A stretch of DNA of 64,000 nucleotides from Burkholderiaceae bacterium (GTDB taxonomy: Bacteria > Pseudomonadota > Gammaproteobacteria > Burkholderiales > Burkholderiaceae_C), in assembly GCA_041906185.1 (NCBI GenBank), contig JAYRJQ010000018.1:14336-78335 (forward strand), read 5' to 3'. Positions within the stretch are counted from its first letter, which is position 1. Every line of letters begins with the position of its first letter. The notes under the pieces were generated by a model that was not told the origin of the DNA, did not search any database, and worked only from the letters and a program-made list of their open reading frames with translations. Positions 53,738 through 63,008 of this stretch are shown piece by piece. The translations under genes and the position numbers were made by a program.

Positions 53738-56161
53738 TCAGGCGCGCAGGCGCGCGCCCAGCTTTTCACCCAGGGCTGCCAGCACCGTGGCCACGGCCTG
53801 CTCGATGCGCTCGTCCGTCAGCGTGGCTTCGTCGTCCAGCAGTTCCAGACGGATCGCCATGCTGCGCTCACCTTCCTTCAGGTCGCCGCTGGGCTGCGCC
53901 GGCTTGAAGATGTCGAAAAGACGCGCCGAGCGTACCAGGGCATCGCCAGCCGTGCCGATGGTTTGCATCAAGGATTCATGCGTGACGGCTTCCGAGACGA
54001 TCACGGCGATGTCACGCAGCACCGCCTGCTGGCGCGGCACGCCCTGCCCCACCGGCAGCGTGCGGGCGAGCACGGCATCCAGCTCGAGCTCGAACAGCAC
54101 CGGCGCGCCGGCGCCCTGAGGCAATTCGTAGGCCTGACGCCACTTCGGGTGCAGCTCGCCGACCACGCCGATGGGCTGGCCATCGAGCTCCACACGGGCG
54201 CTGCGGCCCGGATGCAGCGCGGGGTGCTCGGCCGCGACGAAGCGCAGCTGGCGCGGCGCGAACAGGGCTTCGAGGTCCCCCTTCACGTCGAAGAAGTCCA
54301 CGGCGCGGTCGCGCTGGCTCCACTGCGCCTGATCGGCCGGACCGAAGGCCAGGCCGCCGAGGCGCATGGGCTGGGCGATGCCGGCCACGCTCGACGCGCC
54401 CGTCTGCACCGCGGCGTCACGCAGGAACACGCGGCCGATCTCGAACACGCGCACGCGGCTCGCCTTGCGGGCCAGGTTGTGGCGCAGCACGTTCAGCAGG
54501 CTGCCCATCAGGCTGGTGCGCATCACCGAGAGCTGGCTGGTGATGGGGTTCAGCAGGCGGATCGGGTGCTCCTGCCCCGCCAGCTCACGCTCCCAGCGCT
54601 CCTCGACGAAGCTGAAGTTGATGGTTTCGAAGTAGTCCCGGGCGGCCACGGCGTGGCGCAGGGCGTGCACGCCCCGGCGCGATTCCGAGCGCGTCTTGGC
54701 CACGACGGGCGCCAGCGGCGGCGTCGACGGCAGCTGGCCGTAGCCCATCACGCGGATGACTTCCTCGATGAGGTCTTCCTCGATGGCGATGTCGAAGCGC
54801 CAGCTCGGCGGCGTGACGGTCAGCGTGCCCTCGCCTTCGGTGAAGGGCAGGCCCAGACGGCGGAACACGCCGGCGCAGTCCGCCTGCGTGACCGGCATGC
54901 CGATCACCTTGGCGGCGCGCGCCACGCGCAGCGTCACGGGCTTGGGCGCGGGCATGTTGACGCGCTGGTCCACCAGCGGGCCGGCCTCGCCGCCGCAGAT
55001 CTCGAGCACCAGCTGGGTGATGCGCTCGATGTGCTCGGCGATGCTTTCGGGATCGACACCGCGCTCGAAGCGGTGGCCGGCGTCAGTGCTGAAGTTGTAG
55101 CGGCGGCCACGGCCCATGACGGCCTCGGGCCACCAGAAGGCGGCCTCGATGTAGACATTGCGGGTGTCGTCGGACACGGCCGTGTGGTCGCCGCCCATGA
55201 TGCCGGCGAGCGACTCGACCCGGCTGGCATCCGCGATCACACCGACCTTCTCATCGAGCTCGACGGTGCTGCCGTTCAGCAGCTTGAGCTGCTCGCCGGC
55301 CTTGGCCCAGCGGACGATCAGCTCGCGGTCGATCTTGTCGAGGTCGAAGATGTGCGAGGGGCGGCCCAGCTCGAACATCACGTAGTTGGAGATGTCCACC
55401 AGGGCCGAGACCGAGCGCTGGCCGCAGCGGGCCAGGCGCTGGACCATCCAGTCCGGGGTCTTGGCCTTGTGGTTGACGTTGCGCACCACGCGGCCGGCAA
55501 AGCGGCCGCAGAGGTCCGGGGCCTCCACGCGCACGGGCACGGTCTGGTCGACCACCGGCGTCACCGGCGTGATGGCCGGCAGGGTGAGCGGCGCGCCGGT
55601 CAGCGCGGCCACCTCGCGGGCCACGCCCAGCACCGAGAGGCCGTGGCCCAGATTGGGCGTGAGCTTCAGCGTGAAGAGCGTGTCGTCCAGGTTCAGGAAC
55701 TGGCGAATGTTCTGGCCAACGGGGGCATCCAGAGGCAGCTCCAGCAGGCCGCCGTGCTCGTCGCTGAGCTGCAGCTCGCGAGCGGAGCACAGCATGCCGA
55801 AGCTCTCGACGCCGCGCAGCTTGCCGACCTTGATCAGGAAAGGCTTGCCGTCTTCGCCCGGGGGCAGCTCGGCGCCCACGGTGGCCAGCGGCACCTTGAT
55901 GCCGGCGCGTGCGTTCGGGGCGCCGCAGACGATCTGCAGCGGCTCCGCGCCACCGGCGTTGACCTTGCAGACCCGCAGCTTGTCGGCGTTAGGGTGCTGT
56001 TCGGCTTCCAGGATCTCGGCGACGACGATGCCGCTGAAGGGCGGCGCCGCCGGGCTCAGCTCCTCGACTTCCATGCCGGACATGGTCAGCAGCGAAGCCA
56101 GCTCTTGGGTGTTGAGGGACGGATTGCAGAAGGCCCGCAGCCAGGACTCAGGGAATTGCAT
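53738..56161 (-). CDS. pheT: phenylalanine--tRNA ligase beta subunit
   Basis: 807 aa starting [14 protein letters not shown], with tRNA-binding, B3/4, B5 and FDX-ACB domains in order. Confidence 0.96.
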   Translation of the reverse strand: MQFPESWLRAFCNPSLNTQELASLLTMSGMEVEELSPAAPPFSGIVVAEILEAEQHPNADKLRVCKVNAGGAEPLQIVCGAPNARAGIKVPLATVGAELPPGEDGKPFLIKVGKLRGVESFGMLCSARELQLSDEHGGLLELPLDAPVGQNIRQFLNLDDTLFTLKLTPNLGHGLSVLGVAREVAALTGAPLTLPAITPVTPVVDQTVPVRVEAPDLCGRFAGRVVRNVNHKAKTPDWMVQRLARCGQRSVSALVDISNYVMFELGRPSHIFDLDKIDRELIVRWAKAGEQLKLLNGSTVELDEKVGVIADASRVESLAGIMGGDHTAVSDDTRNVYIEAAFWWPEAVMGRGRRYNFSTDAGHRFERGVDPESIAEHIERITQLVLEICGGEAGPLVDQRVNMPAPKPVTLRVARAAKVIGMPVTQADCAGVFRRLGLPFTEGEGTLTVTPPSWRFDIAIEEDLIEEVIRVMGYGQLPSTPPLAPVVAKTRSESRRGVHALRHAVAARDYFETINFSFVEERWERELAGQEHPIRLLNPITSQLSVMRTSLMGSLLNVLRHNLARKASRVRVFEIGRVFLRDAAVQTGASSVAGIAQPMRLGGLAFGPADQAQWSQRDRAVDFFDVKGDLEALFAPRQLRFVAAEHPALHPGRSARVELDGQPIGVVGELHPKWRQAYELPQGAGAPVLFELELDAVLARTLPVGQGVPRQQAVLRDIAVIVSEAVTHESLMQTIGTAGDALVRSARLFDIFKPAQPSGDLKEGERSMAIRLELLDDEATLTDERIEQAVATVLAALGEKLGARLRA

Positions 56162-56232
56162 GGGATTCTCGTCAGCGTGTTCGGTGGTGTTCTTGCGATG
56201 CTTGCGATGCGTGTGATCGAGGCAAGGCGGGC

Positions 56233-57276
56233 TTACTTGAACTGGCTCAGGAAGCGCAGGTCGCCCTCGAAGAACAGGCGCAGGTCATTCACGCCGTAGC
56301 GCAGCATGGCCAGGCGGTCGATGCCGGAGCCGAAGGCGAAGCCGATGTAGCGCTCCGGGTCCAGGCCCATGTTGCGGATCACCTGCGGGTGCACCTGGCC
56401 GGCGCCGGAGACCTCCAGCCAGCGGCCCTTCAGCGGACCGGTCTCGAACATGATGTCGATCTCGGCGCTGGGCTCGGTGAAGGGGAAGTAGCTCGGGCGG
56501 AAGCGCAGCTGCAGCGCGTCCGTCTCGAAGAAGGCCGTGATGAAGTTCAGGTAGACCGACTTCAGGTCCTTGAAGCTGATGTTCTCGCCGACCCACAGGC
56601 CTTCGACCTGGTGGAACATGGGCGAGTGCGTGGCGTCGCTGTCCACACGGTAGGTGCGGCCCGGGGCGATCACGCGGATCTCGGGCATCGTGTCCTGCCC
56701 CGCATAACGCTTGGCGTGGGCCTGCGCGTAGCGGATCTGCATGGGGCTCGTGTGCGGGCGCAGGTTGAACCAGCGGCCGCCTTCGTCCTTCATGTCCACG
56801 TAGAACGTGTCCTGCATGGAGCGGGCCGGGTGGTTCTCGGGGTTGTTCAGCGAGGAGAAGCTGAACCAGTCCGTCTCGATCTCCGGGCCGTCGGCCACGT
56901 CGAAGCCCATGGAGCCGAAGATGGCCTCGATGCGTTCCATGGCCCGCGTGATCGGGTGCAGGCCGCCGGTGCCGCGCTGGCGGCCGGGCAGCGTCACGTC
57001 CAGCGCCTCGGCCTTGAGCTGCTTCTCCAGCTCGGCGTCCGCGAGGGCCTGGCGGCGCGCGTTCAGCGCGGCCTCGATGCCCTGCTTGAGCTGGTTGATC
57101 TCGGCGCCGCGGGTCTTCTTCTCCTCGACCGGCAGCGCGGCCAGACCCTTCATCAGCTCGGTCACCTGGCCGGACTTGCCCAGGAATCGCGCCTTGGCGT
57201 TCTCCAGGTCGGCAGGGGTGGAGGCCTGGGCAAATTCAGCCTGGGCGCTTTGCAGCAATTGGGCGAGGTCGTTCAT
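56233..57276 (-). CDS. pheS: phenylalanine--tRNA ligase alpha subunit
   Basis: The ATG at 57276 gives [15 protein letters not shown]. Class II motifs [12 protein letters not shown] and [17 protein letters not shown] are present. Confidence 0.95.
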   Translation of the reverse strand: MNDLAQLLQSAQAEFAQASTPADLENAKARFLGKSGQVTELMKGLAALPVEEKKTRGAEINQLKQGIEAALNARRQALADAELEKQLKAEALDVTLPGRQRGTGGLHPITRAMERIEAIFGSMGFDVADGPEIETDWFSFSSLNNPENHPARSMQDTFYVDMKDEGGRWFNLRPHTSPMQIRYAQAHAKRYAGQDTMPEIRVIAPGRTYRVDSDATHSPMFHQVEGLWVGENISFKDLKSVYLNFITAFFETDALQLRFRPSYFPFTEPSAEIDIMFETGPLKGRWLEVSGAGQVHPQVIRNMGLDPERYIGFAFGSGIDRLAMLRYGVNDLRLFFEGDLRFLSQFK

Positions 57277-57408
57277 CGCGGCGGCGGACTCGTATTCGTT
57301 GGCGGGGGCGTGAGGCCCCTGGATCGCCGGGCGCAAACCCGGCGGGGGTGTCGATCCTGCAGCACCTCGGCGGCGGGCCGGCGGCGCGTCAGGGCGACGA
57401 ATCTGGGC

Positions 57409-57450
57409 AATGAGAAAAATGAGAAAAGGCCGAACACCAGGGTGTCGGCC
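57409..57450 (-). terminator. rplT terminator / pheST-leader terminator
   Basis: The minus strand reads GGCCGACACC-CTG-GTGTTCGGCC followed by TTTTCTCAT TTTTCTCAT, a perfectly duplicated 9-nt unit at 57410-57427. Confidence 0.65.
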
Positions 57451-57519
57451 TTCAAGAGGTGCGCACCCTGGTCTTGCAACCAGGGCCGCCCGGATGCGGC
57501 TTGCACCGCATCAGGACAT

Positions 57520-57876
57520 TTAGGCGAGAGCGGCCTTCACCTTGGCGAAGATGCTGGCAAAGCCAGCCGGATCGTTGACGGCCAGATCAGCCAGGACCTT
57601 GCGGTCGATGTCGATCTGGGCCTTCTTCAGGCCGGCCACGAACTTGCTGTAGCTCAGACCCAGGCCACGGCTTGCTGCGTTGATACGAGCAATCCACAGC
57701 TGGCGGAACACGCGCTTCTTGGCACGGCGGTCACGGTAGGCGTACTGGCCCGCCTTCATCACCGCCTGCTTGGCGATGCGGAAAACGTTCTTACGACGAC
57801 CACGGAAGCCCTTGGCCAGAGCCAGGACCTTCTTGTGACGAGCACGTGCGGTAACACCACGTTTGACGCGAGGCAT
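57520..57876 (-). CDS. rplT: 50S ribosomal protein L20
   Basis: [39 protein letters not shown]. Confidence 0.98.
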   Translation of the reverse strand: MPRVKRGVTARARHKKVLALAKGFRGRRKNVFRIAKQAVMKAGQYAYRDRRAKKRVFRQLWIARINAASRGLGLSYSKFVAGLKKAQIDIDRKVLADLAVNDPAGFASIFAKVKAALA

Positions 57877-57900
57877 GTTGTATCTCCTTAATTCGCGGGA

Positions 57901-58104
57901 TTACAGACCGGCATAGGGCAGCATCGAAGCGATGTGACCCATGTTGGTTTCATGCACGTTCACGGCGCCGCGGAGCTGGCGCTTGTTCTTCGTGGTCTTC
58001 TTGGTCAGGATGTGGCGCTTGTACGCCTGACCGCGCTTGACGGTACCACCCGGACGGACGCGGAAACGCTTCTTGGCGCCGCTCTTGGTCTTCATTTTGG
58101 GCAT
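57901..58104 (-). CDS. rpmI: 50S ribosomal protein L35
   Basis: [36 protein letters not shown], with AAGGAG upstream of the ATG at 58104. Confidence 0.97.
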   Translation of the reverse strand: MPKMKTKSGAKKRFRVRPGGTVKRGQAYKRHILTKKTTKNKRQLRGAVNVHETNMGHIASMLPYAGL

Positions 58105-58407
58105 GACTGCTCCTTTTAAGTGCGTCCCCTGGGGCGGTTGCGGGACTCGCAACACTTGCCAGCCTCAGGGAGACTAATAAGCCCGCCGACGACCAGATCG
58201 ACGGGCCTGAACCAGTTGTCGGCAAAGCACCGACCACGATGTCGCCCAAGGGGCGACCAAAACCTTCGACGGCGAGGCCTTTCGGCCGTCCGCCGGGCCG
58301 CCCCAAGGACGGCCTCTTGCAATCAAAACCGGGCCAGCGCCCGGTTGTGATTGCACCCCCTCGGGGGGTGGGCCTGCGTATCCGCAGGCCCGGGGGTCAA
58401 CATGACC
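58105..58407 (-). promoter_or_regulatory. structured infC-rpmI spacer (weak infC terminator plus candidate L20 autoregulatory leader)
   Basis: At least six GC-rich hairpins are readable on the minus strand. Examples are GGGCCTGCGGATACGCAGGCCC, CCCCCCGAGGGGG, AACCGGGCGCTGGCCCGGTT+TTGATT, GGCCGTCC..GGACGGCC and GTCGGTGCTTTGCCGAC. Confidence 0.4.
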
Positions 58408-58953
58408 TCAACGCTTTTTAGGCGCCAAAACCATGATCATCTGCCGCCCTTCCAGCTTGGGCATGTGCTCGACGACCGCCACATCCGCCAGCTCGTCACG
58501 GATGCGCTCCAGCAGCCGCATGCCGATGTCCTGGTGGGTGATTTCGCGACCGCGGTAACGCAGCGTCACCTTGCCCTTGTCACCATCCTCGGCGATGAAG
58601 CGGCGCAGATTGCGCATCTTGATCTGGTAGTCGCCTTCGTCCGTGCCCGGACGGAACTTGACTTCCTTGACCTCGACGACCTTCTGCTTGGCCTTGGCCT
58701 CGGCCGCGCGCTTCTGCTCCATGTACTTGAACTTGCCGTAGTCCATCAGCCGGCAGACCGGCGGATTGGCGGTGGCAGAGATCTCGACGAGATCCACATC
58801 CATGTCGCCCGCCATGCGCAGGGCTTCCTGGATGCTCACGACACCGATGGGCTCGTTCTCGGGGCCGTTCAGACGGACCTCGGGAGCAAGGATTTCACGG
58901 TTCAGCCGATGCTTGCGCTCGGGAATCGCACGACGGTCAGCAAAAGTAGCGAT
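58408..58953 (-). CDS. infC: translation initiation factor IF-3 (non-canonical start)
   Basis: The reading frame opens after an in-frame TGA at 58966-58968. The first plausible initiator is ATC at 58953 ([45 protein letters not shown]...). No ATG, GTG or TTG occurs before the conserved N-domain. Confidence 0.9.
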   Translation of the reverse strand: MATFADRRAIPERKHRLNREILAPEVRLNGPENEPIGVVSIQEALRMAGDMDVDLVEISATANPPVCRLMDYGKFKYMEQKRAAEAKAKQKVVEVKEVKFRPGTDEGDYQIKMRNLRRFIAEDGDKGKVTLRYRGREITHQDIGMRLLERIRDELADVAVVEHMPKLEGRQMIMVLAPKKR

Positions 58954-59024
58954 GGTGCCACCCTTTCAACGAGCCCAAGGCAAGGGGCCCAGCAATAAGC
59001 AAAAGCGCGCCCAATGCAGGCTCT

Positions 59025-60932
59025 TCAGGCCTTCTCGGTGATGTCCGCCGCCACCTTCTCCACGAAGCTGGCCAGAGGCATCACACCCAGGTCCTGATTG
59101 CCACGGGCGCGCACCGCAACGGCTCCGTTTGCCTTCTCCTTGTCACCAACGACAAGGATGTACGGAACCTTCTGCAAGGAATGCTCGCGGATTTTATACG
59201 TGATCTTTTCGTTGCGCAAATCCGCCACGGCCCTAAGCCCTTGTTTTTGCAGCGATTTCACAATTTCAGCCACGTAATCGGCCTGAGCGTCCGTGATATT
59301 GGCCACGACCACCTGCGTCGGCGCGAGCCAGACGGGCAGCACGCCGGCGTGCTGCTCGATCAGGATGCCGATGAAGCGCTCCAGGCTGCCCACGATGGCC
59401 CGGTGCAGCATGATGGGGCGCTGACGGCTGCCGTCCTCGGCCACGAATTCGGCATCCAGGCGCTCCGGCATGTTCGGATCGACCTGGATCGTGCCGCACT
59501 GCCACTGGCGGCCCAGCGCGTCCTTGAGCGTGTACTCGATCTTGGGGCCGTAGAAGGCGCCCTCGCCCGGCAGGTACTCGAACTCGCAGCCCGAGGCGCG
59601 CAGGCCCTCGGCCAGGGCGGCCTCGGCCTTGTCCCAGCTCTCCTCCGTGCCGATGCGCTGCTCGGGGCGCGTCGACAGCTTGTAGAGGATCTCCGTGAAG
59701 CCGAAGTCCTTGTAGACCTTCTGCAGCAGCGTCGTGAAGGCCGTGACCTCGCGCTGGATCATGTCTTCCGTGCAGAAGATGTGACCGTCATCCTGCGTGA
59801 AGCCGCGCACGCGCATGATGCCGTGCAGGCCGCCCGTGGGCTCGTTGCGGTGGCACTGGCCGAACTCGCCGAAGCGCAGCGGCAGGTCGCGGTAGCTCTT
59901 GATGCCCTGCTTGAAGATCAGGATGTGGCCGGGGCAGTTCATCGGCTTGAGCGCATAGTCGCGCTTCTCCGATTCCGTCGTGAACATGTTCTCGCGGTAC
60001 TTGTCCCAGTGGCCGGTCTTCTCCCACAGCGTCTTGTCGATGATCTGCGGACCCTTGACCTCCAGGTAGCCGTTCTCGCGGTAGACGCGGCGCATGTACT
60101 GCTCCACCTCCTGCCACACCGTCCAGCCCTTGGGGTGCCAGAACACCACGCCCGGGGCGTGCTCGTCGATGTGGAACAGGTCGAGGTCCTTGCCCAGGCG
60201 GCGGTGGTCGCGCTTCTCGGCCTCCTCCAGCAGGGTCAGGTACTTCTGCAGGTCGTCCTTGGAGGCCCAGGCCGTGCCGTAGATGCGCTGCAGCTGCTCG
60301 TTGCGGTGGTCGCCACGCCAGTAGGCGCCGGCCACCTTCATCAGCTTGAAGTGCTTGAGCTTGCCCGTGGAGGGCACGTGCGGGCCGCGGCACAGGTCGG
60401 TGAAGGCGCCCTCGGCGTAGAGGGAGACGTCCTCGCCCTGCGGGATGGATTCGATGATCTCGGCCTTGTAGGCCTCGCCGATGCCCTTGAAGTAGGACAC
60501 GGCCTCGTCGCGCGGCAGCACCGAGCGCGTGACCTTCTCGTCCTTCTTCGCCAGCTCGTTCATCTTGGACTCGATGGCCGCCAGATCCTCGGGCGTGAAC
60601 GGGCGCTTGTAGCTGAAGTCGTAGTAGAAGCCGTTCTCGATGACCGGGCCGATCGTGACCTGGGCGTCGGGGAACAGCTCCTTGACCGCGTAGGCCAGCA
60701 GGTGGGCCGTCGAGTGGCGGATGACCTCGATGCCGTCGGCGTCCTTGTCGGTGACGATGGCGAGCTGGGCGTCGGCCTCGATCAGGTAGCTCGTGTCGAC
60801 CAGTTTGCCGTCGACCTTGCCGGCCAGCGCGGCCTTGGCCAGGCCGGCGCCGATGGAAGCGGCCACGTCGGCCACGGTGACGGCCTGCGGGAATTCGCGC
60901 TTGGAACCGTCAGGCAGTTGAATGGAAATCAT
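59025..60932 (-). CDS. thrS: threonine--tRNA ligase
   Basis: The ATG at 60932 gives [28 protein letters not shown] (TGS domain). The editing domain, class II core and anticodon-binding domain follow. The protein is 635 aa. Confidence 0.96.
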   Translation of the reverse strand: MISIQLPDGSKREFPQAVTVADVAASIGAGLAKAALAGKVDGKLVDTSYLIEADAQLAIVTDKDADGIEVIRHSTAHLLAYAVKELFPDAQVTIGPVIENGFYYDFSYKRPFTPEDLAAIESKMNELAKKDEKVTRSVLPRDEAVSYFKGIGEAYKAEIIESIPQGEDVSLYAEGAFTDLCRGPHVPSTGKLKHFKLMKVAGAYWRGDHRNEQLQRIYGTAWASKDDLQKYLTLLEEAEKRDHRRLGKDLDLFHIDEHAPGVVFWHPKGWTVWQEVEQYMRRVYRENGYLEVKGPQIIDKTLWEKTGHWDKYRENMFTTESEKRDYALKPMNCPGHILIFKQGIKSYRDLPLRFGEFGQCHRNEPTGGLHGIMRVRGFTQDDGHIFCTEDMIQREVTAFTTLLQKVYKDFGFTEILYKLSTRPEQRIGTEESWDKAEAALAEGLRASGCEFEYLPGEGAFYGPKIEYTLKDALGRQWQCGTIQVDPNMPERLDAEFVAEDGSRQRPIMLHRAIVGSLERFIGILIEQHAGVLPVWLAPTQVVVANITDAQADYVAEIVKSLQKQGLRAVADLRNEKITYKIREHSLQKVPYILVVGDKEKANGAVAVRARGNQDLGVMPLASFVEKVAADITEKA

Positions 60933-60998
60933 GGGGTGCTCCGAATCGCAAGGGCCCCGCCGTTCGGTGCAGACGCTGCTGCAGGGGAGCCCGGAAAT

Positions 60999-61026
60999 GA
61001 AAAAGCGCGGCCTGGTGCCGCGCTTT
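60999..61026 (-). terminator. intrinsic terminator in the thrS 5' leader (candidate attenuator)
   Basis: The minus strand reads AAAGCGCGGC-ACCAG-GCCGCGCT followed by TTTTT, ending 67 nt upstream of the thrS ATG. Confidence 0.7.
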
Positions 61027-61092
61027 GTTCGGGAGGCATCACCGGTTCGAGGTGATTCGGGGATGCCCAAAGACGAGACGTGCCGCGGCCGA

Positions 61093-61134
61093 CTATGCTC
61101 CGGTGGAGGTCGTAGTTCGCGGTGTCATAACCAT
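61093..61134 (-). CDS. candidate thrS leader peptide (13 aa, Thr-rich)
   Basis: AAAGG-N4-ATG GTT ATG ACA CCG CGA ACT ACG ACC TCC ACC GGA GCA TAG translates to [13 protein letters not shown]. Confidence 0.45.
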   Translation of the reverse strand: MVMTPRTTTSTGA

Positions 61135-61200
61135 CACGCCTTTCTCAGCCCTTGTTCGTCAAAGAGGCCCCGATTGTAGCCACAACGGGCGGAGCGGGGC

Positions 61201-61773
61201 TCAGTAGCGCTGCAGGCGGCCATCCACGACGCGCACGCGGTCGCCGCTGCGCAGGCCGTCCAGGCGCTCGAAGTCGAAGGCCTGCTCGCCGCCCCGCTCG
61301 AGGCGCACCCACACGCGGTAGCGCGTGCCGCCGCCTCGCTGGCCGTCCCGCTCGATCTCGTTGCCGATCACGGCGCCCACAACGGCCCCGATGGCCGTGC
61401 CGACGCCCCGGTCGCGGCGACTGCTCATCTCATGGCCGATGACGCCGCCGATCACGCCGCCCGCCACAGCCCCCGCGCCGGAGCTGCCGCGATCGCCACG
61501 ATCCCCGAAGGCCTCGATGCGCCCCACGGTGCCGTACATCACCCGCTCATTGCCATAGCGAGCGGGCGGCGGCGTGACGCGGCGATCGTCATAGCGACGG
61601 TCGTCGTAACGCCGATCGTCATAGCGGCGCTCGTCATAGCCCCGGCTGTCACCGTAGACCTGGTCGTCATCCCAGTCGCGGCGGCGCTCGTGCGCGCAGC
61701 CGCTGAGCGTCAGCAGGGACAGCGCGGCCAGTGACAGCGCCAGGGACCAGGAACGGGGCTTGAAGGACGGCAT
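61201..61773 (-). CDS. glycine-zipper outer-membrane lipoprotein with YD(D/E)RR repeats
   Basis: It has the lipobox LTLSGC. Four YDxRR repeats are followed by the glycine zipper GAGAVAGGVIGGVIG...GTAIGAVVGAVIG. Confidence 0.75.
   Translation of the reverse strand: MPSFKPRSWSLALSLAALSLLTLSGCAHERRRDWDDDQVYGDSRGYDERRYDDRRYDDRRYDDRRVTPPPARYGNERVMYGTVGRIEAFGDRGDRGSSGAGAVAGGVIGGVIGHEMSSRRDRGVGTAIGAVVGAVIGNEIERDGQRGGGTRYRVWVRLERGGEQAFDFERLDGLRSGDRVRVVDGRLQRY
61579..61638 (-). repeat. 4 x 15-bp in-frame tandem repeat
   Basis: The units are gcggcgatcgtcata, gcgacggtcgtcgta, acgccgatcgtcata and gcggcgctcgtcata. On the minus strand they encode YDERR-YDDRR-YDDRR-YDDRR. Confidence 0.85.
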
Positions 61774-61849
61774 GGGCGGCACCCACCAGGAAGTCAGGAC
61801 ACCCCCTCAACGCGCGAGGCCCCGATTCGGTTGATCGGCCGTCGCGCGT

Positions 61850-62944
61850 TCAGAGCGGCAGCGCCTGGATCGTGTCCTGGCGGCAGGCCTCGGCGAACTC
61901 GTCCCGCAGGCGCTGGCTCTCGTCGATCGCGCGCCGCCAGGCGGCCGCACGGGCGGCGACGTCGTCACCGTAGCGCTGGAAGTCCGCCCGGTCGGGCAGC
62001 TTGCCGTTGGGCAGCGTGCGCACCCATTCGGGGTTCGGCGCCAGCAGCACCACGTTGTCGAGGAAGGCCGTGGGCCGGTGGCGGTGCTTGAGCGCCTTGT
62101 CGAGCCAGCCCGGCACGACCTCGCGCTGGAAGTGCGGGTAGAGCACGAGGCCCTCCCCCACCATCGCGGCGTAGTTCAGGTGCAGGTGGTAGTCGGTGAT
62201 GCCGCCGTCCCAGTAGGCCCCGGCCGGCGCCCCGGCGATGTCGTGCACTGCCTGCAGCCAGAAGGGGATGGAGCAGCTGGCCAGCAGGCTCGCCTGGAAG
62301 TTGCGCGCGTTCAGCCCGACCTGGCGGCTGCGGTAGTCCCGCAGGTCCATGGGCAGCGGCGAGCGCAGGTCCGAGAACACCACGCGCTCCAGCCAGCGGC
62401 CCATCGCGCGGCGCGACCAGGCATTGGCCGCGAACGCCGCCGCGTAGCCCATGGGCGTGCGCACGCGGTGCTCGCGCGCGAGCAGGCCCTGCCCGCGTGA
62501 CGTGAAGATGTGCAGGCGCCAGCGCGGGTGGCTCAGCACCTGAGCCTCCCGCCCGCCGAAGACCTCGTGCAGCTTCTGGCCGAAGCCGCGCGAGACCACC
62601 GCCGCCGTGGGCGACTTGCCCGGCGCGCTCTCGTACTGCTGGTGGATGTATTCCTCGGCCAGGCGCTGGAACTCCGGCACGGCCTCCGCCGGCCGGTGCG
62701 CCAGGCAGGCCGTGCTCATGCGCCAGGCCCCGATCGAGGCGCCCAGCAGGTGCACCTCCTGCCGGCTCGCGGCCAGCCACTCGCCGAAGAGGTATTGGTC
62801 GAGCGGGTTGAGGATCAGCCCCTTGGGGCCGCCCGCCGCCGCGGGGATGACCTGAACGTCCTCGGGCCGCAGCCCCTGCTGCGCCAAACGGGCGCGGGCC
62901 CGAGGGCCCGCGAAGATTTGCAATGCACGCGTCATGGACGCCAT
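61850..62944 (-). CDS. patatin-like phospholipase family protein
   Basis: An oxyanion GGPKG-type motif (AAAGGPKG) and a GASIG (GxSxG) nucleophile elbow are present. GAGG lies 5 nt upstream of the ATG at 62944. Confidence 0.7.
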   Translation of the reverse strand: MASMTRALQIFAGPRARARLAQQGLRPEDVQVIPAAAGGPKGLILNPLDQYLFGEWLAASRQEVHLLGASIGAWRMSTACLAHRPAEAVPEFQRLAEEYIHQQYESAPGKSPTAAVVSRGFGQKLHEVFGGREAQVLSHPRWRLHIFTSRGQGLLAREHRVRTPMGYAAAFAANAWSRRAMGRWLERVVFSDLRSPLPMDLRDYRSRQVGLNARNFQASLLASCSIPFWLQAVHDIAGAPAGAYWDGGITDYHLHLNYAAMVGEGLVLYPHFQREVVPGWLDKALKHRHRPTAFLDNVVLLAPNPEWVRTLPNGKLPDRADFQRYGDDVAARAAAWRRAIDESQRLRDEFAEACRQDTIQALPL

Positions 62945-63008
62945 TAGAACCTCAGATCGCCCCACGGCCTGCGCGCGTCCTGCGCCAGCGCCGGCGCAAG
63001 GGGCTGGA

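Noticed and set aside
57273-57506. 77-aa ORF with [12 protein letters not shown], considered as a true pheM-like leader peptide.
   Set aside because: A T-rich terminator tail encodes Phe in all three frames. The ORF has only a GTG start without a Shine-Dalgarno sequence, and the Phe codons follow rather than precede the terminator stem. It is kept only as a low-interest observation.
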